From contig JAJZBP010000002.1 in assembly GCA_021798855.1 (NCBI GenBank), forward strand, positions 1 to 25,861: DNA of 25,861 bases, given 5' to 3'. A model generated the notes under the pieces. It worked only from the letters and a program-made list of their open reading frames with translations. It was not told where the DNA came from and ran no database searches. Of the stretch, positions 1 through 7,998 are shown piece by piece (the stretch's first letter is position 1; each line of letters begins with the position of its first letter). Position numbers and translations under genes: made by a program. The DNA comes from Bacillota bacterium. Its GTDB lineage: Bacteria > Bacillota > Sulfobacillia > JAJZIM01 > JAJZBP01.

Positions 1-59
1 AAAAAAAAAAAATATAAAAAATATAATAAATTTAAAGAAGGCGATGAGAGGAGGTGAAA

Positions 60-191
60 ATGATGCCGAAGGCAAGCCGGAAAGTCACTCTGGGGGGAGG
101 GCTGGGCATTTGGGGGACGGGCTTTGCGTTGGGGGCGGCGATCATCCTGGGGGTGATCAGGCTGATCATGGGGCCGGGGGGGTTCGTATAG
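60..191 (+). CDS. 43-aa Gly-rich hydrophobic microprotein (paralog A), unknown function
   Basis: Not in the ORF track (<60 aa). SD AGGAGGTG at 49-56, ATG at 60, TAG at 189-191. Translates to MMPKASRKVTLGGGLGIWGTGFALGAAIILGVIRLIMGPGGFV. 17/24 identical, ungapped, to 405..521 over residues 8-31. Followed by a terminator. Confidence 0.8.
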   Translation: MMPKASRKVTLGGGLGIWGTGFALGAAIILGVIRLIMGPGGFV

Positions 192-213
192 AAAAATGAA
201 TGGGGTGGACGGC

Positions 214-244
214 AAAGGCGGGGATAACCTCCCTCGCCTTTTTA
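214..244 (+). terminator. Intrinsic terminator after microprotein A, possibly bidirectional
   Basis: AAAGGCG-GGGA / TCCC-T-CGCCTTT stem with a 5-nt loop, then a T-run. An A-run on the 5' side would give a U-tail on the minus strand. Confidence 0.7.
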
Positions 245-404
245 TATGTTATAAAGTAAATAAACAATAAATCGTTTAAAATTAACATTAAATTAAAATA
301 GATACAAAGAAATTTTCAATAACCCCTTGTTAATTCGAATAAAAAAGACTACAATTGTTTCAAGTGAGCAATGATAAAAGATTAACGCAAAGGGGGTGGA
401 AAAG

Positions 405-521
405 GTGGAGAAATACACGCCTCCTAAGATGAGCTTGGGCGGTGGTTTGGGGGTTTGGGGCACCTTGGCGGCCTTGGGAGTGGCGGTTATCCTTGGACTA
501 TTGAAGGTTGTGGGACTGTAA
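405..521 (+). CDS. 38-aa Gly-rich hydrophobic microprotein (paralog B), unknown function
   Basis: SD AGGGGGTG at 391-398, GTG at 405, TAA at 519-521. Translates to MEKYTPPKMSLGGGLGVWGTLAALGVAVILGLLKVVGL. Paralog of 60..191 with mostly synonymous codon differences at identical residues. Confidence 0.8.
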   Translation: MEKYTPPKMSLGGGLGVWGTLAALGVAVILGLLKVVGL

Positions 522-540
522 CGCCATTTTTGGGATGCCG

Positions 541-569
541 ACTCGCGGGCCGTTTGCCCGCGAGTTTTT
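541..569 (+). terminator. Intrinsic terminator after microprotein B
   Basis: Perfect 10-bp stem ACTCGCGGGC / GCCCGCGAGT with a 5-nt loop, ending in a run of 5 T. Confidence 0.8.
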
Positions 570-691
570 GCTTTCTCTCGGCCCCGGGAGAAGAAAAAGA
601 TAGCGGGTGTGTTCGCGGGACGAATCCAAGGAAGGAGTTCAAAGGTTCCAAACGAACGACGCAGCGTCGTCACCAAACAAATGGCCTCGCG

Positions 692-721
692 GGATACCTC
701 TCTTATTTGCCTCATATAGAT
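692..721 (+). promoter_or_regulatory. Possible sigmaE-type promoter for spoIIID
   Basis: ATA (694-696), 16-nt spacer, CATATAGAT (713-721). Partial match to the sigmaE pattern ATa-N16-18-cATAcanT; the last -10 base does not match. spoIIID is sigmaE-dependent in B. subtilis. Confidence 0.3.
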
Positions 722-752
722 GAGCAACCCGAAGAAGAGAGGGGTACCGCAT

Positions 753-1007
753 TTGAAGGAATACATTTGGAAGCGCGTTTTGGATGTGGGCCGGCACATT
801 GTGGACACCAAGGGGACGGTGAGGGACACGGCGCGGGGATTTGGGGTCAGTAAGAGCACGGTACATAAGGACGTGACGGAGCGACTGCCGAAGATCAATC
901 CGCAACTGGCGGGCGAGGTTCAAAACGTGCTCCAATATAATAAAGCCGAAAGGCATATCAGGGGGGGGGAAGCGACCAGGAAAAAATTCGAGGAAAGGAG
1001 TAGTTGA
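753..1007 (+). CDS. spoIIID: Stage III sporulation transcriptional regulator SpoIIID
   Basis: Signature TVRDTARGFGVSKSTVHKDVTERLPKINPQLA...YNKAERHIRGGEAT. TTG start at 753 after SD GAGAGGGGT is preferred over the track's ATG at 720. Confidence 0.97.
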   Translation: MKEYIWKRVLDVGRHIVDTKGTVRDTARGFGVSKSTVHKDVTERLPKINPQLAGEVQNVLQYNKAERHIRGGEATRKKFEERSS

Positions 1008-1083
1008 TGCAGGAAAATGCGGATCTAAGGAGAATTGCCAAAGAAGAGGGCAGTTTTTAGCGATCTGGGAGTGAAGCGAATTC

Positions 1084-2088
1084 ATGGAATTGGGAATTGA
1101 CCTGGGGACGGCCAACGTCTTGGTGCTTGTGCGTGGACGAGGGGTGGTTTTACAGGAGCCTTCCGTGGTGGCAATGGAAAGCGAAAGTCGCAAGGTCGTG
1201 GCCATCGGCAGTGATGCCCGGCGGATGCTGGGAAGGACTCCGGGCAGTATTGTGGCCGTCAGACCCCTGCGGGACGGGGTGATTGCCGATTACGAGGTCA
1301 CCGAGGTAATGTTACGCTATTTTATTCACCAGGTGGCGGGGGAACGCATGCTCTTCCGCCCGCGGGTGATGATCTGCATTCCGGCCGGGATCACGCCGGT
1401 GGAGCGACGGGCGGTGCGTGACGCCGGATTGCAGGCTGGAGCCGGACGGGTGAGCCTGGTTGAGGAGCCGATGGCGGCGGCATTGGGTGCCGGATTGGAC
1501 ATAACCAAACCAGCCGGGAGCATGGTGGTTGACATCGGTGGCGGAACGACGGACGTGGCCGTCCTGGCCTTGGGCGGAGTGGTGGTTTCGGAATCCCTCC
1601 GGATCGGCGGCGACAGGCTGGACGAGGCGCTCATTCGGTGGTTGAAAAAGGAAGAGAACCTGTTGATTGGCGAACGGACGGCGGAAACGTTGAAAATCGA
1701 GGCCGGAAGCGCTTTCCCGGGGGCAAGACAGAGCGTCAGCGACATTCGGGGACGGGATATGGTTTCCGGACTACCAAGGACCGTGCACGTAGATTCGGAA
1801 AGGATCAGGCTCGCGCTGCAGGAACCGTTGGAAGCAATTGTGGAGGCGGTAAAAAGGGTACTGGAACGGACGCCGCCGGAATTGGCGGCCGACATCTATG
1901 ACCGGGGAGTGGTCCTCACCGGGGGAGGGGCACTGCTGGGGGGTCTGGACCGGTTGCTGGCTGAAGAAACGGGGGTATTCACTCAGGTGGCGGAAGATCC
2001 CTTGACCTGCGTGGTCAGAGGTACGGCTAAAGCCATGGAATACGAAACGGGCGACGACCATTTGGTGGTTTTGCGCAAAGTGATGTAA
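1084..2088 (+). CDS. mbl: MreB-like rod-shape protein Mbl
   Basis: Actin-like motifs GIDLGTAN, VVDIGGGTTDVAV, GGDRLDEA, GERTAE and VVLTGGGALL. Directly downstream of spoIIID, as mbl is in Bacillota. Confidence 0.93.
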   Translation: MELGIDLGTANVLVLVRGRGVVLQEPSVVAMESESRKVVAIGSDARRMLGRTPGSIVAVRPLRDGVIADYEVTEVMLRYFIHQVAGERMLFRPRVMICIPAGITPVERRAVRDAGLQAGAGRVSLVEEPMAAALGAGLDITKPAGSMVVDIGGGTTDVAVLALGGVVVSESLRIGGDRLDEALIRWLKKEENLLIGERTAETLKIEAGSAFPGARQSVSDIRGRDMVSGLPRTVHVDSERIRLALQEPLEAIVEAVKRVLERTPPELAADIYDRGVVLTGGGALLGGLDRLLAEETGVFTQVAEDPLTCVVRGTAKAMEYETGDDHLVVLRKVM

Positions 2089-2142
2089 ACCAGCCGGGAT
2101 GTTTTTGAAGCAACTTTTGGATGGGTAGCGCATGGGAGGTGG

Positions 2143-2922
2143 ATGGACAAGTTGATGTTGGGAGTGTATACGGCGGCATCGGGGATGATCGCCCAAAGCA
2201 AGAAGGAGGATCTGTTGGCCAACAACTTGGCGAATTTGAATACACCCGGGTTTAAGGCCGGTGGGGCGACCCAACAGGCTTTCTCCAGTATCCTCATGGA
2301 GCGGTTGGGGAGAAACCCGACGCCAATCGGGGCGGTGGGCACGGGTGCCATTCTTGGCCAAACCCACGTTGATTTCTCTCAGGGGGCGCTGCAACACACG
2401 GGGCAACCACTCGACTTTGCCCTGGAGGGAACCGGTTTTTTCGCGGTGCAGGCGCCGGGCGGAACGGAGTACACGCGGGCGGGAGATTTCACCCTGAACG
2501 GCAACGGTGGGCTGGTGACCCAGGCCGGCTATCCGGTTTTAAGCGTCGGGGGGACTCCGTTGGTGTTGGGTTCCGGCACCGTGACCGTGGCCGGAGATGG
2601 GACGATTTCGGTCAATGGGAGCGTGGTTGGGCAGCTTCAGGTGGACAACTTCGCCAATGTCGGGGCCTTGGTTATGGGAGCGGACGGTTATTTCAAGGCA
2701 GGCACCAATGCGGGCAGTCCGGCTTCGGCCACGGCTTCGGCCACGGCTTCGGTCACCGGGACCAAGGTGCTGCAGGGGAATTTGGAAGTCTCAAACACCA
2801 ATCAACTCAAGGAAACGGTGGACATGCTCACGGTGTTTCGCGCTTACGAGGCCGACCAGAAGGCCATTCTGTCACAGGCTCAGACGTTGGCTTGGGCGGC
2901 AGGGCAAGTGGGCAAGGTCTAG
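2143..2922 (+). CDS. flhO: Flagellar basal-body rod protein, FlgF/FlhO type
   Basis: N-terminal [32 protein letters not shown] and C-terminal LEVSN...MLTVFRAYEA. Follows mbl. The flhO versus flgF name rests on synteny. Confidence 0.85.
   Translation: MDKLMLGVYTAASGMIAQSKKEDLLANNLANLNTPGFKAGGATQQAFSSILMERLGRNPTPIGAVGTGAILGQTHVDFSQGALQHTGQPLDFALEGTGFFAVQAPGGTEYTRAGDFTLNGNGGLVTQAGYPVLSVGGTPLVLGSGTVTVAGDGTISVNGSVVGQLQVDNFANVGALVMGADGYFKAGTNAGSPASATASATASVTGTKVLQGNLEVSNTNQLKETVDMLTVFRAYEADQKAILSQAQTLAWAAGQVGKV
2721..2756 (+). repeat. 3 x 12-bp in-frame tandem repeat inside the rod protein gene
   Basis: GGCTTCGGCCAC GGCTTCGGCCAC GGCTTCGGTCAC, encoding ASAT-ASAT-ASVT. Confidence 0.9.
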
Positions 2923-2973
2923 AGTCGCCCCAACATCGATTTGCTCGTCGACCTTGAAGGAGGAGGGGAAGAC

Positions 2974-3744
2974 TTGTTACGATCGGCGGCGACCGCCATG
3001 GCCGGGATGGAAGCGATTCAGGGGGGGTTGGACGTTGTCGCCAACAACCTGGCCAACCTGAATACGGTGGGATTCAAGAGCTCCAGGGCCGATTTCAACA
3101 GCCTATTGTACGAAAAGCTGAACGGCGGGCAGAAGGTCGGTACGGGAGCCGGTTTCACCACCCAAACCTCCTTCCAGGAGGGGAACCTCGTGGCGGGAAA
3201 TCAGCCCCTGGATCTGGCGATCGTGGGCAGTGGATTCTTCCAGGTGCAATTGCCGGATGGTTCGACCGCCTATACCCGCAACGGGGCCTTCCGGTTGGAC
3301 GGGATGGGCCGGGTGGTGGACGCCTCCGGCAATCTGCTTTTGGGTAGCGGCGGGGTCATCACCCTGCCGGCTGGGGCGACCGGGATCCAGGTGGATGCCG
3401 GTGGGAACATTACGGCGATGGTCAACGGGAGTTCCCAGGCGATCGGGCAGATCGCTTTGGCCACGTTTCCCAATCCGCAGGGGCTGCAGGACTTGGGAGG
3501 AGGGCTTTACGCCCCAAGCGTAAATTCGGGCTCGGCTGCGACTGTGGCAATGGGTTCAAGCTCCGGTTCGAGCACGGGCGCTCCCACGGCGACCATCCAA
3601 CAGGGGGTGTTGGAGAGTTCGAACGTTTCGTTGACCGATTCGATGTTGCGCATGATCCTATTGCGGACGGGCTATCAGTTGGGAGCCCGGGTGTTGCAGA
3701 CCGCCGATCAGATGTACGCCATGGCCGACCAGTTGGGAGGCTGA
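2974..3744 (+). CDS. flhP: Flagellar basal-body rod protein, FlgG/FlhP type
   Basis: [12 protein letters not shown]...[37 protein letters not shown] and [12 protein letters not shown] at 2974 follows SD AGGAGGGG. Confidence 0.85.
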   Translation: MLRSAATAMAGMEAIQGGLDVVANNLANLNTVGFKSSRADFNSLLYEKLNGGQKVGTGAGFTTQTSFQEGNLVAGNQPLDLAIVGSGFFQVQLPDGSTAYTRNGAFRLDGMGRVVDASGNLLLGSGGVITLPAGATGIQVDAGGNITAMVNGSSQAIGQIALATFPNPQGLQDLGGGLYAPSVNSGSAATVAMGSSSGSSTGAPTATIQQGVLESSNVSLTDSMLRMILLRTGYQLGARVLQTADQMYAMADQLGG

Positions 3745-3746
3745 AC

Positions 3747-4220
3747 TTGGAGCTTTCGGAAATCATGGAACTACTCCCCCATCGTTATCCCTTCCTTTTG
3801 GTGGACCGCATCCTGGAGTTGGAATCAGGGAAACGAGCGGTGGGACTAAAGAACGTAACCTGCAACGAACCGTTTTTTCAGGGTCACTTTCCGGGTTGGC
3901 CGGTGATGCCGGGGGTGTTATTGTTGGAGGCGATGGCTCAGGTTGGGGCCGTGGCCCTGCTGGCGCTTCCGAATAACCAGGGGAAGCTTGGTTTGTTAGG
4001 CGGTGTCAACAAAGCCCGTTTCCGGCGGCGGGTGATTCCTGGGGACGTCCTGCGGATTGAAACGGCCATTATAAAAAGCAGGAGTGGAGTCGGTCATGGC
4101 GAGGCCAGGATTACGGTGGATGGGGAAAGGGTTGCGGAAGCGGAATTGCTTTTTGCCCTGGTTCCAGCCAAGGGGGCCGGCGGCGAACGGGAAGATCGTA
4201 AACAGGAAAGTTTAAAATAA
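3747..4220 (+). CDS. fabZ: 3-hydroxyacyl-ACP dehydratase FabZ
   Basis: [12 protein letters not shown] and [23 protein letters not shown] signatures. SD GGGAGG at 3735-3740. Confidence 0.97.
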   Translation: MELSEIMELLPHRYPFLLVDRILELESGKRAVGLKNVTCNEPFFQGHFPGWPVMPGVLLLEAMAQVGAVALLALPNNQGKLGLLGGVNKARFRRRVIPGDVLRIETAIIKSRSGVGHGEARITVDGERVAEAELLFALVPAKGAGGEREDRKQESLK

Positions 4221-4238
4221 GTTTTGGGAGGCAAGCAG

Positions 4239-5411
4239 TTGGGACGGGTTTTGTTCACTTCCGAATCGGTGACCGAGGGACACCCGGACAAGTTGGCTGA
4301 TCAGATTTCAGACGCTGTTTTGGATGCGATTATCGCTCAAGACCCGAACGGGAGGGTGGCGTGCGAAACGGTGACGACCACCGGCATGATCCTTTTGGCC
4401 GGGGAGGTCAGCACTTCTTGTTATGTTGACATGGCCAAGATCGCCCGTAGCGTGGTCCGGGAAGTGGGTTATACCGATGCCGCCTCCGGGTTCGATGCCG
4501 ATACCTGCGCCGTGCTTACCGCCATCGATGAGCAGTCGCCGGACATCGCCCGGGGGGTCAACCGGGCGCTGGAAGATGAGCGGGAGCTGGGTGCTGGAGA
4601 CCAGGGTTTGGTTTTCGGCTTTGCCTGTGACGAGACCCCGGAATTGATGCCGCTGCCGATTGCCCTGGCCCACGGTTTGGCCCGTCGCTTGGCGCTGGTT
4701 CGGCGGCAGGGCGAGCTTCCTTACCTTTGGCCCGACGGGAAAAGCCAGGTTTCCATCGAATATCGCGACGGTGTGCCCGGCAGGGTGGACACGGTGGTGC
4801 TTTCATCGCAGCATCAGCCGGAGGTGAGCCAGTCTGAATTGCGGGACGCTCTCTTGGAAAAGGTGATTCGTCCCTCGTTACCGCCGGAGTTGTGGGATGG
4901 CCAAACCAGAGTCTTGGTGAATCCAACGGGGCGTTTCGTCATCGGCGGACCCCACGGGGATGCCGGCCTCACCGGACGGAAAATCATCGTTGATACCTAC
5001 GGAGGATACGCTCGCCATGGGGGAGGGTGTTTTTCCGGCAAGGATCCCACCAAGGTGGACCGTTCGGGTGCCTACGCGGCTCGCCATGTTGCCAAAACAA
5101 TTGTGGCAGCGGGGCTGGCCAGGAGGGCCGAACTCCAAGTGGCTTACGCCATCGGAGTGGCCCGGCCTGTTTCGGTTTTGGTCAACACCTTCGGCACCGG
5201 GGTCATCCCCGATGAAGCGATGGAGGGCTTGGTCGGCGAGCATTTCGACCTACGGCCCCGGGCCATCATCCAAAATTTGGATTTAAGGCGCCCGATTTAC
5301 CGGCAAACGGCGGCTTACGGTCACTTTGGGAGGGATGATCTGGATCTGCCCTGGGAACGGACCGATCTGGCGGAAACTTTGCGGGAAAGCGCCGGGCGAT
5401 TCGGCGGCTGA
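4239..5411 (+). CDS. metK: S-adenosylmethionine synthetase
   Basis: [33 protein letters not shown] and [10 protein letters not shown] signatures. TTG at 4239 follows SD GGGAGG (4226-4231). Confidence 0.98.
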   Translation: MGRVLFTSESVTEGHPDKLADQISDAVLDAIIAQDPNGRVACETVTTTGMILLAGEVSTSCYVDMAKIARSVVREVGYTDAASGFDADTCAVLTAIDEQSPDIARGVNRALEDERELGAGDQGLVFGFACDETPELMPLPIALAHGLARRLALVRRQGELPYLWPDGKSQVSIEYRDGVPGRVDTVVLSSQHQPEVSQSELRDALLEKVIRPSLPPELWDGQTRVLVNPTGRFVIGGPHGDAGLTGRKIIVDTYGGYARHGGGCFSGKDPTKVDRSGAYAARHVAKTIVAAGLARRAELQVAYAIGVARPVSVLVNTFGTGVIPDEAMEGLVGEHFDLRPRAIIQNLDLRRPIYRQTAAYGHFGRDDLDLPWERTDLAETLRESAGRFGG

Positions 5412-5585
5412 TTCAGCCGGCGGAGGATCCGGGGAAGGTTCGTGCCGGCGTAAGGGGCCTCCGCCCATTCTCGGACGTTTCCGACCGTGCGCGGCTCAAA
5501 CGCTGGGATTCCAAAACACGAGAGCCGAAATGATAATCGTTTACAACCTTCCTTCATAATTATTAATGGAGGGAGGGGGTTGCGG

Positions 5586-6017
5586 ATGGTCTGGTGGGGA
5601 GATGTGGTGCTGATCCTCGCCTTGGGGGCAATCGGGTTGAAGTTTTGGACAGGGACGGCCACGGAAGAGCATAGGGACGAGATGGCGGACCTCCTTGTGC
5701 TGGTAAAGGACCGGGAAGAAGGGATCGAGGGCACGGTTCGAGAATTGTGCGGGTGGAAATGGGGCGACGTTGTGGTGGTGGACGACGGCTCACGCGACGG
5801 AACGCCGGCGATCGCGGAGCGTTTGTCCAGGGAGCTTCCTTTTTGTTTTGTGGCCGCTTGCGGCCGGGGTGGAGCGGTTGAGGAGGGGCTGGCCAAGTGT
5901 TCCAAACCGTTGGTGCTGTTGGCCAAGGTGGGCCGGCGGGAGAAGGAGGTTTGCGCCGCCGTAAGGCGTTTCGGCGATTTGGGGCGTGGACGGACGGCGT
6001 CTTCCGGCGATCAATAG
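5586..6017 (+). CDS. Membrane-anchored protein with a short GT2-like (GT-A N-terminal) domain
   Basis: SD GGAGGGAGGGGG before ATG 5586. N-terminal hydrophobic helix, then VVVVDDGSRDGT...IAERL. Only 143 aa and no recognisable downstream DXD motif. Confidence 0.7.
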   Translation: MVWWGDVVLILALGAIGLKFWTGTATEEHRDEMADLLVLVKDREEGIEGTVRELCGWKWGDVVVVDDGSRDGTPAIAERLSRELPFCFVAACGRGGAVEEGLAKCSKPLVLLAKVGRREKEVCAAVRRFGDLGRGRTASSGDQ

Positions 6018-6054
6018 TCCTGGGGTGAATTGGGGAAGGGAGAGGGAACCGAGA

Positions 6055-6453
6055 ATGGTCGGAAACTGCCAAACTTGCGGGGAACTGGCCGTGCTGGTGC
6101 GGGGGATCTGCCCGCGGTGCCTCCGGGGGGAAGACGAACTTTTCGAGAAGATCAGGGAGATTTTACACCGGGAACCGGGCTTGGGCATCGACGGTTTGAG
6201 TGAGCTGACCGGGGCCAAGCCGGAGGTGATTTTGCGCCTGATCGAGGAAGGCCGACTCCTCCTGCAGGGGGAAACCAGGCTGTTTTGCGCCGGTTGCCAC
6301 AAGCCCATCGCCGGCGGGCGCTTTTGTCCAGCGTGTTTGCAAAGACTGGGGAAGGGGCTTGGGCTGGCCACCCCTGGGAAAAAGTCGGAGGGGATGTACA
6401 TCAGGATGAACGATGTTCCGGGAGGGCGCGGAGGCGGAGAACGCCGCAAATGA
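6055..6453 (+). CDS. yvyF: YvyF-family flagellar operon protein (Cys-pair zinc-ribbon type)
   Basis: NCQTCG...ICPRC, central helical region, then CAGCHKPIAGGRFCPAC. Immediately upstream of flgM. Start chosen at ATG 6055. Confidence 0.85.
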   Translation: MVGNCQTCGELAVLVRGICPRCLRGEDELFEKIREILHREPGLGIDGLSELTGAKPEVILRLIEEGRLLLQGETRLFCAGCHKPIAGGRFCPACLQRLGKGLGLATPGKKSEGMYIRMNDVPGGRGGGERRK

Positions 6454-6527
6454 GTTTGTTTTAGGCGTTCCTGGCCGTGGGTAGATGATTTCGGGGTGCC
6501 AGGGCGTTATTGTGTTGTTTTTGCCCC

Positions 6528-6555
6528 TTAGCTCAATGGTCATGGGTGACGATAA
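6528..6555 (+). promoter_or_regulatory. Possible sigmaD/sigma28 promoter for flgM
   Basis: GACGATAA (6548-6555) matches the -10 GCCGATAA at 7/8. The -35 TTAG at 16-nt spacing is a poor match to TAAA. Confidence 0.35.
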
Positions 6556-6609
6556 AAAGATGAAGGGTGATTGGAAAGGCAGTCGGTACCGGAGAAAGGG
6601 GCGTGCGTG

Positions 6610-6960
6610 ATGGTTATTTCCGACAAGCAGATTCACGCCATCCTGGCCGGCTATCCGGGGAGTGGGGCCAACGCTCCCCAGGAAACCGGCGATTCCGCCA
6701 ACACCACGCAACTTTCTCCCGGCAAACAGCCCCGGAATCAAGGCCAAGCCGCACCGAGATCCGACAGGGTTACCCTTTCGGGCAGGGCCAAGGAAATAGC
6801 CATGGACCGGTCCGCAGCGACGAAGGCGACGGGAGGGGAGAACGCCGACCGGCTGGCTGGTTTGGCGAAAGCGGTGGCCGACGGTACCTATCGTCCCGGC
6901 GGTCTGGAGATCGCGGGGAAGATGCTGGGGAGGGCGATGGCGGATAAACTGCCCGAATGA
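6610..6960 (+). CDS. flgM: Anti-sigma28 factor FlgM
   Basis: DRVTLSGRAKE...DRLAGLAKAVADGTYRP...IAGKML pattern. Lies between yvyF and flgN. Start could be GTG 6607 or ATG 6610. Confidence 0.9.
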   Translation: MVISDKQIHAILAGYPGSGANAPQETGDSANTTQLSPGKQPRNQGQAAPRSDRVTLSGRAKEIAMDRSAATKATGGENADRLAGLAKAVADGTYRPGGLEIAGKMLGRAMADKLPE

Positions 6961-7011
6961 TGCGGCGGAAAAGGCGTGGCCCATGGTGCGATGAAGAGAA
7001 GAGGTAAGGTC

Positions 7012-7587
7012 ATGGGTGACCTGGTGGCAACTGGTGACGAAGAATGGTCCGACACCAGCGCCGGCCGGCCGGAATCGGAATCCCTGGAGGGAATGGCCGC
7101 GATCCTGGAAGGGGAGGCGATGGTCTATACGGATTTGGTGAAGTGGGCGGAGAAGAAAAGGGTCGCCTTGCTGGGAACCAAACTGGACGCTCTGGAGGAA
7201 GCGATCCGAGCCGAGCAGGCGCTTGTTTGGCAGGTGAACCGCTTCGAAAGGCGACGTCTTTCTTTGGAAGAGGAGATGGCGGCGGCCATGGTCGAACGGG
7301 GCGAGCCGGTCCCGCCGGGCGGGCAACGCACGTTGCGCTATTGGATCGAGCGTAGTCACAGGGTTGGTGTGGCCCGCAGACTAGAGGAGGTCCGGGTCAA
7401 ACTGCTCGGTTTGGCCGATGCTTTGCGTCGGCTGAATGAACTTAACGCCGTCTTGGTGAAACAGGGCATGGTGTTCTTGGAGTTTTCCCTGGAAGCGTTG
7501 CTGGGCGGCGGTGGTTGTGGTCTTTACGGCTCTTCGGGTGAACCTAAGAAGGTGGCTGCGGTCAGCCAGTTCAGCCGTCGGATCTGA
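7012..7587 (+). CDS. flgN: Flagellar export chaperone FlgN
   Basis: Helical protein with LRRLNELNAVLVKQGM.FL.FSL and a C-terminal LYG..G motif. Directly after flgM. Start approximate. Confidence 0.85.
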   Translation: MGDLVATGDEEWSDTSAGRPESESLEGMAAILEGEAMVYTDLVKWAEKKRVALLGTKLDALEEAIRAEQALVWQVNRFERRRLSLEEEMAAAMVERGEPVPPGGQRTLRYWIERSHRVGVARRLEEVRVKLLGLADALRRLNELNAVLVKQGMVFLEFSLEALLGGGGCGLYGSSGEPKKVAAVSQFSRRI

Positions 7588-7919
7588 TGGACGAGCGGAT
7601 GGGGGAGTTGCTGTCTCTATCCGAAAGATTGGAGGAAGCTCTTGCCGCCAAGGAATGGGGGAAAGCCGCTGAATTTTTGCGCTCCAGGGAGGATCTCTTG
7701 GACGGGTTGATGGAAAGCGGTTACCTTCCGGCCAACGACGACGAGGAGGCGTTGAGGGTTGCCGTGGCGGCGGACCAGCGTGGTAGGGAGACCCTGAGCG
7801 CGCAACTGGCCGAGTTGGAGGATAAAATTGGGAGATTGCAGGATATGAAGAAGCTTTTGCTTGAATTGCAGAGAATTGGAAGTGACCAGGGCGGCGCCTT
7901 TTTTGATCAAAGGGGTTAG
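7587..7919 (+). CDS. FliT-like flagellar chaperone
   Basis: 110-aa helical protein with a W...L.SREDLL pattern and C-terminal FFDQRG, similar to Bacillota FliT ends. Overlaps the flgN stop (TGATG). Confidence 0.6.
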   Translation: MDERMGELLSLSERLEEALAAKEWGKAAEFLRSREDLLDGLMESGYLPANDDEEALRVAVAADQRGRETLSAQLAELEDKIGRLQDMKKLLLELQRIGSDQGGAFFDQRG

Positions 7920-7998
7920 GGGAAACGGACAGGTTGGGGGGCGGGAATGGATGGGGGACGTGAGTGAACGCGATGCCTGTTCCGGACCCGCGACCGCC

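Noticed and set aside
1-12. Poly-A run at the window start
   Set aside because: Could be a contig-edge or homopolymer artifact, or part of an upstream terminator or promoter. It cannot be interpreted without flanking sequence.
311-325. CodY-box-like AATTTTCAATAACCC
   Set aside because: Only 10/15 match, all explained by the AT-rich background.
4200-4240. SAM (S-box) riboswitch upstream of metK
   Set aside because: Only 18 nt separate fabZ from metK, leaving no room for a leader.
5405-5465. GC-rich hairpins after metK (5405-5419, 5419-5465), with similar ones at 13603-13626 and 23047-23087
   Set aside because: No U-tails, unrelated sequences and often long loops. Not supportable as terminators or as a repeat family, though they may stabilise mRNA ends.
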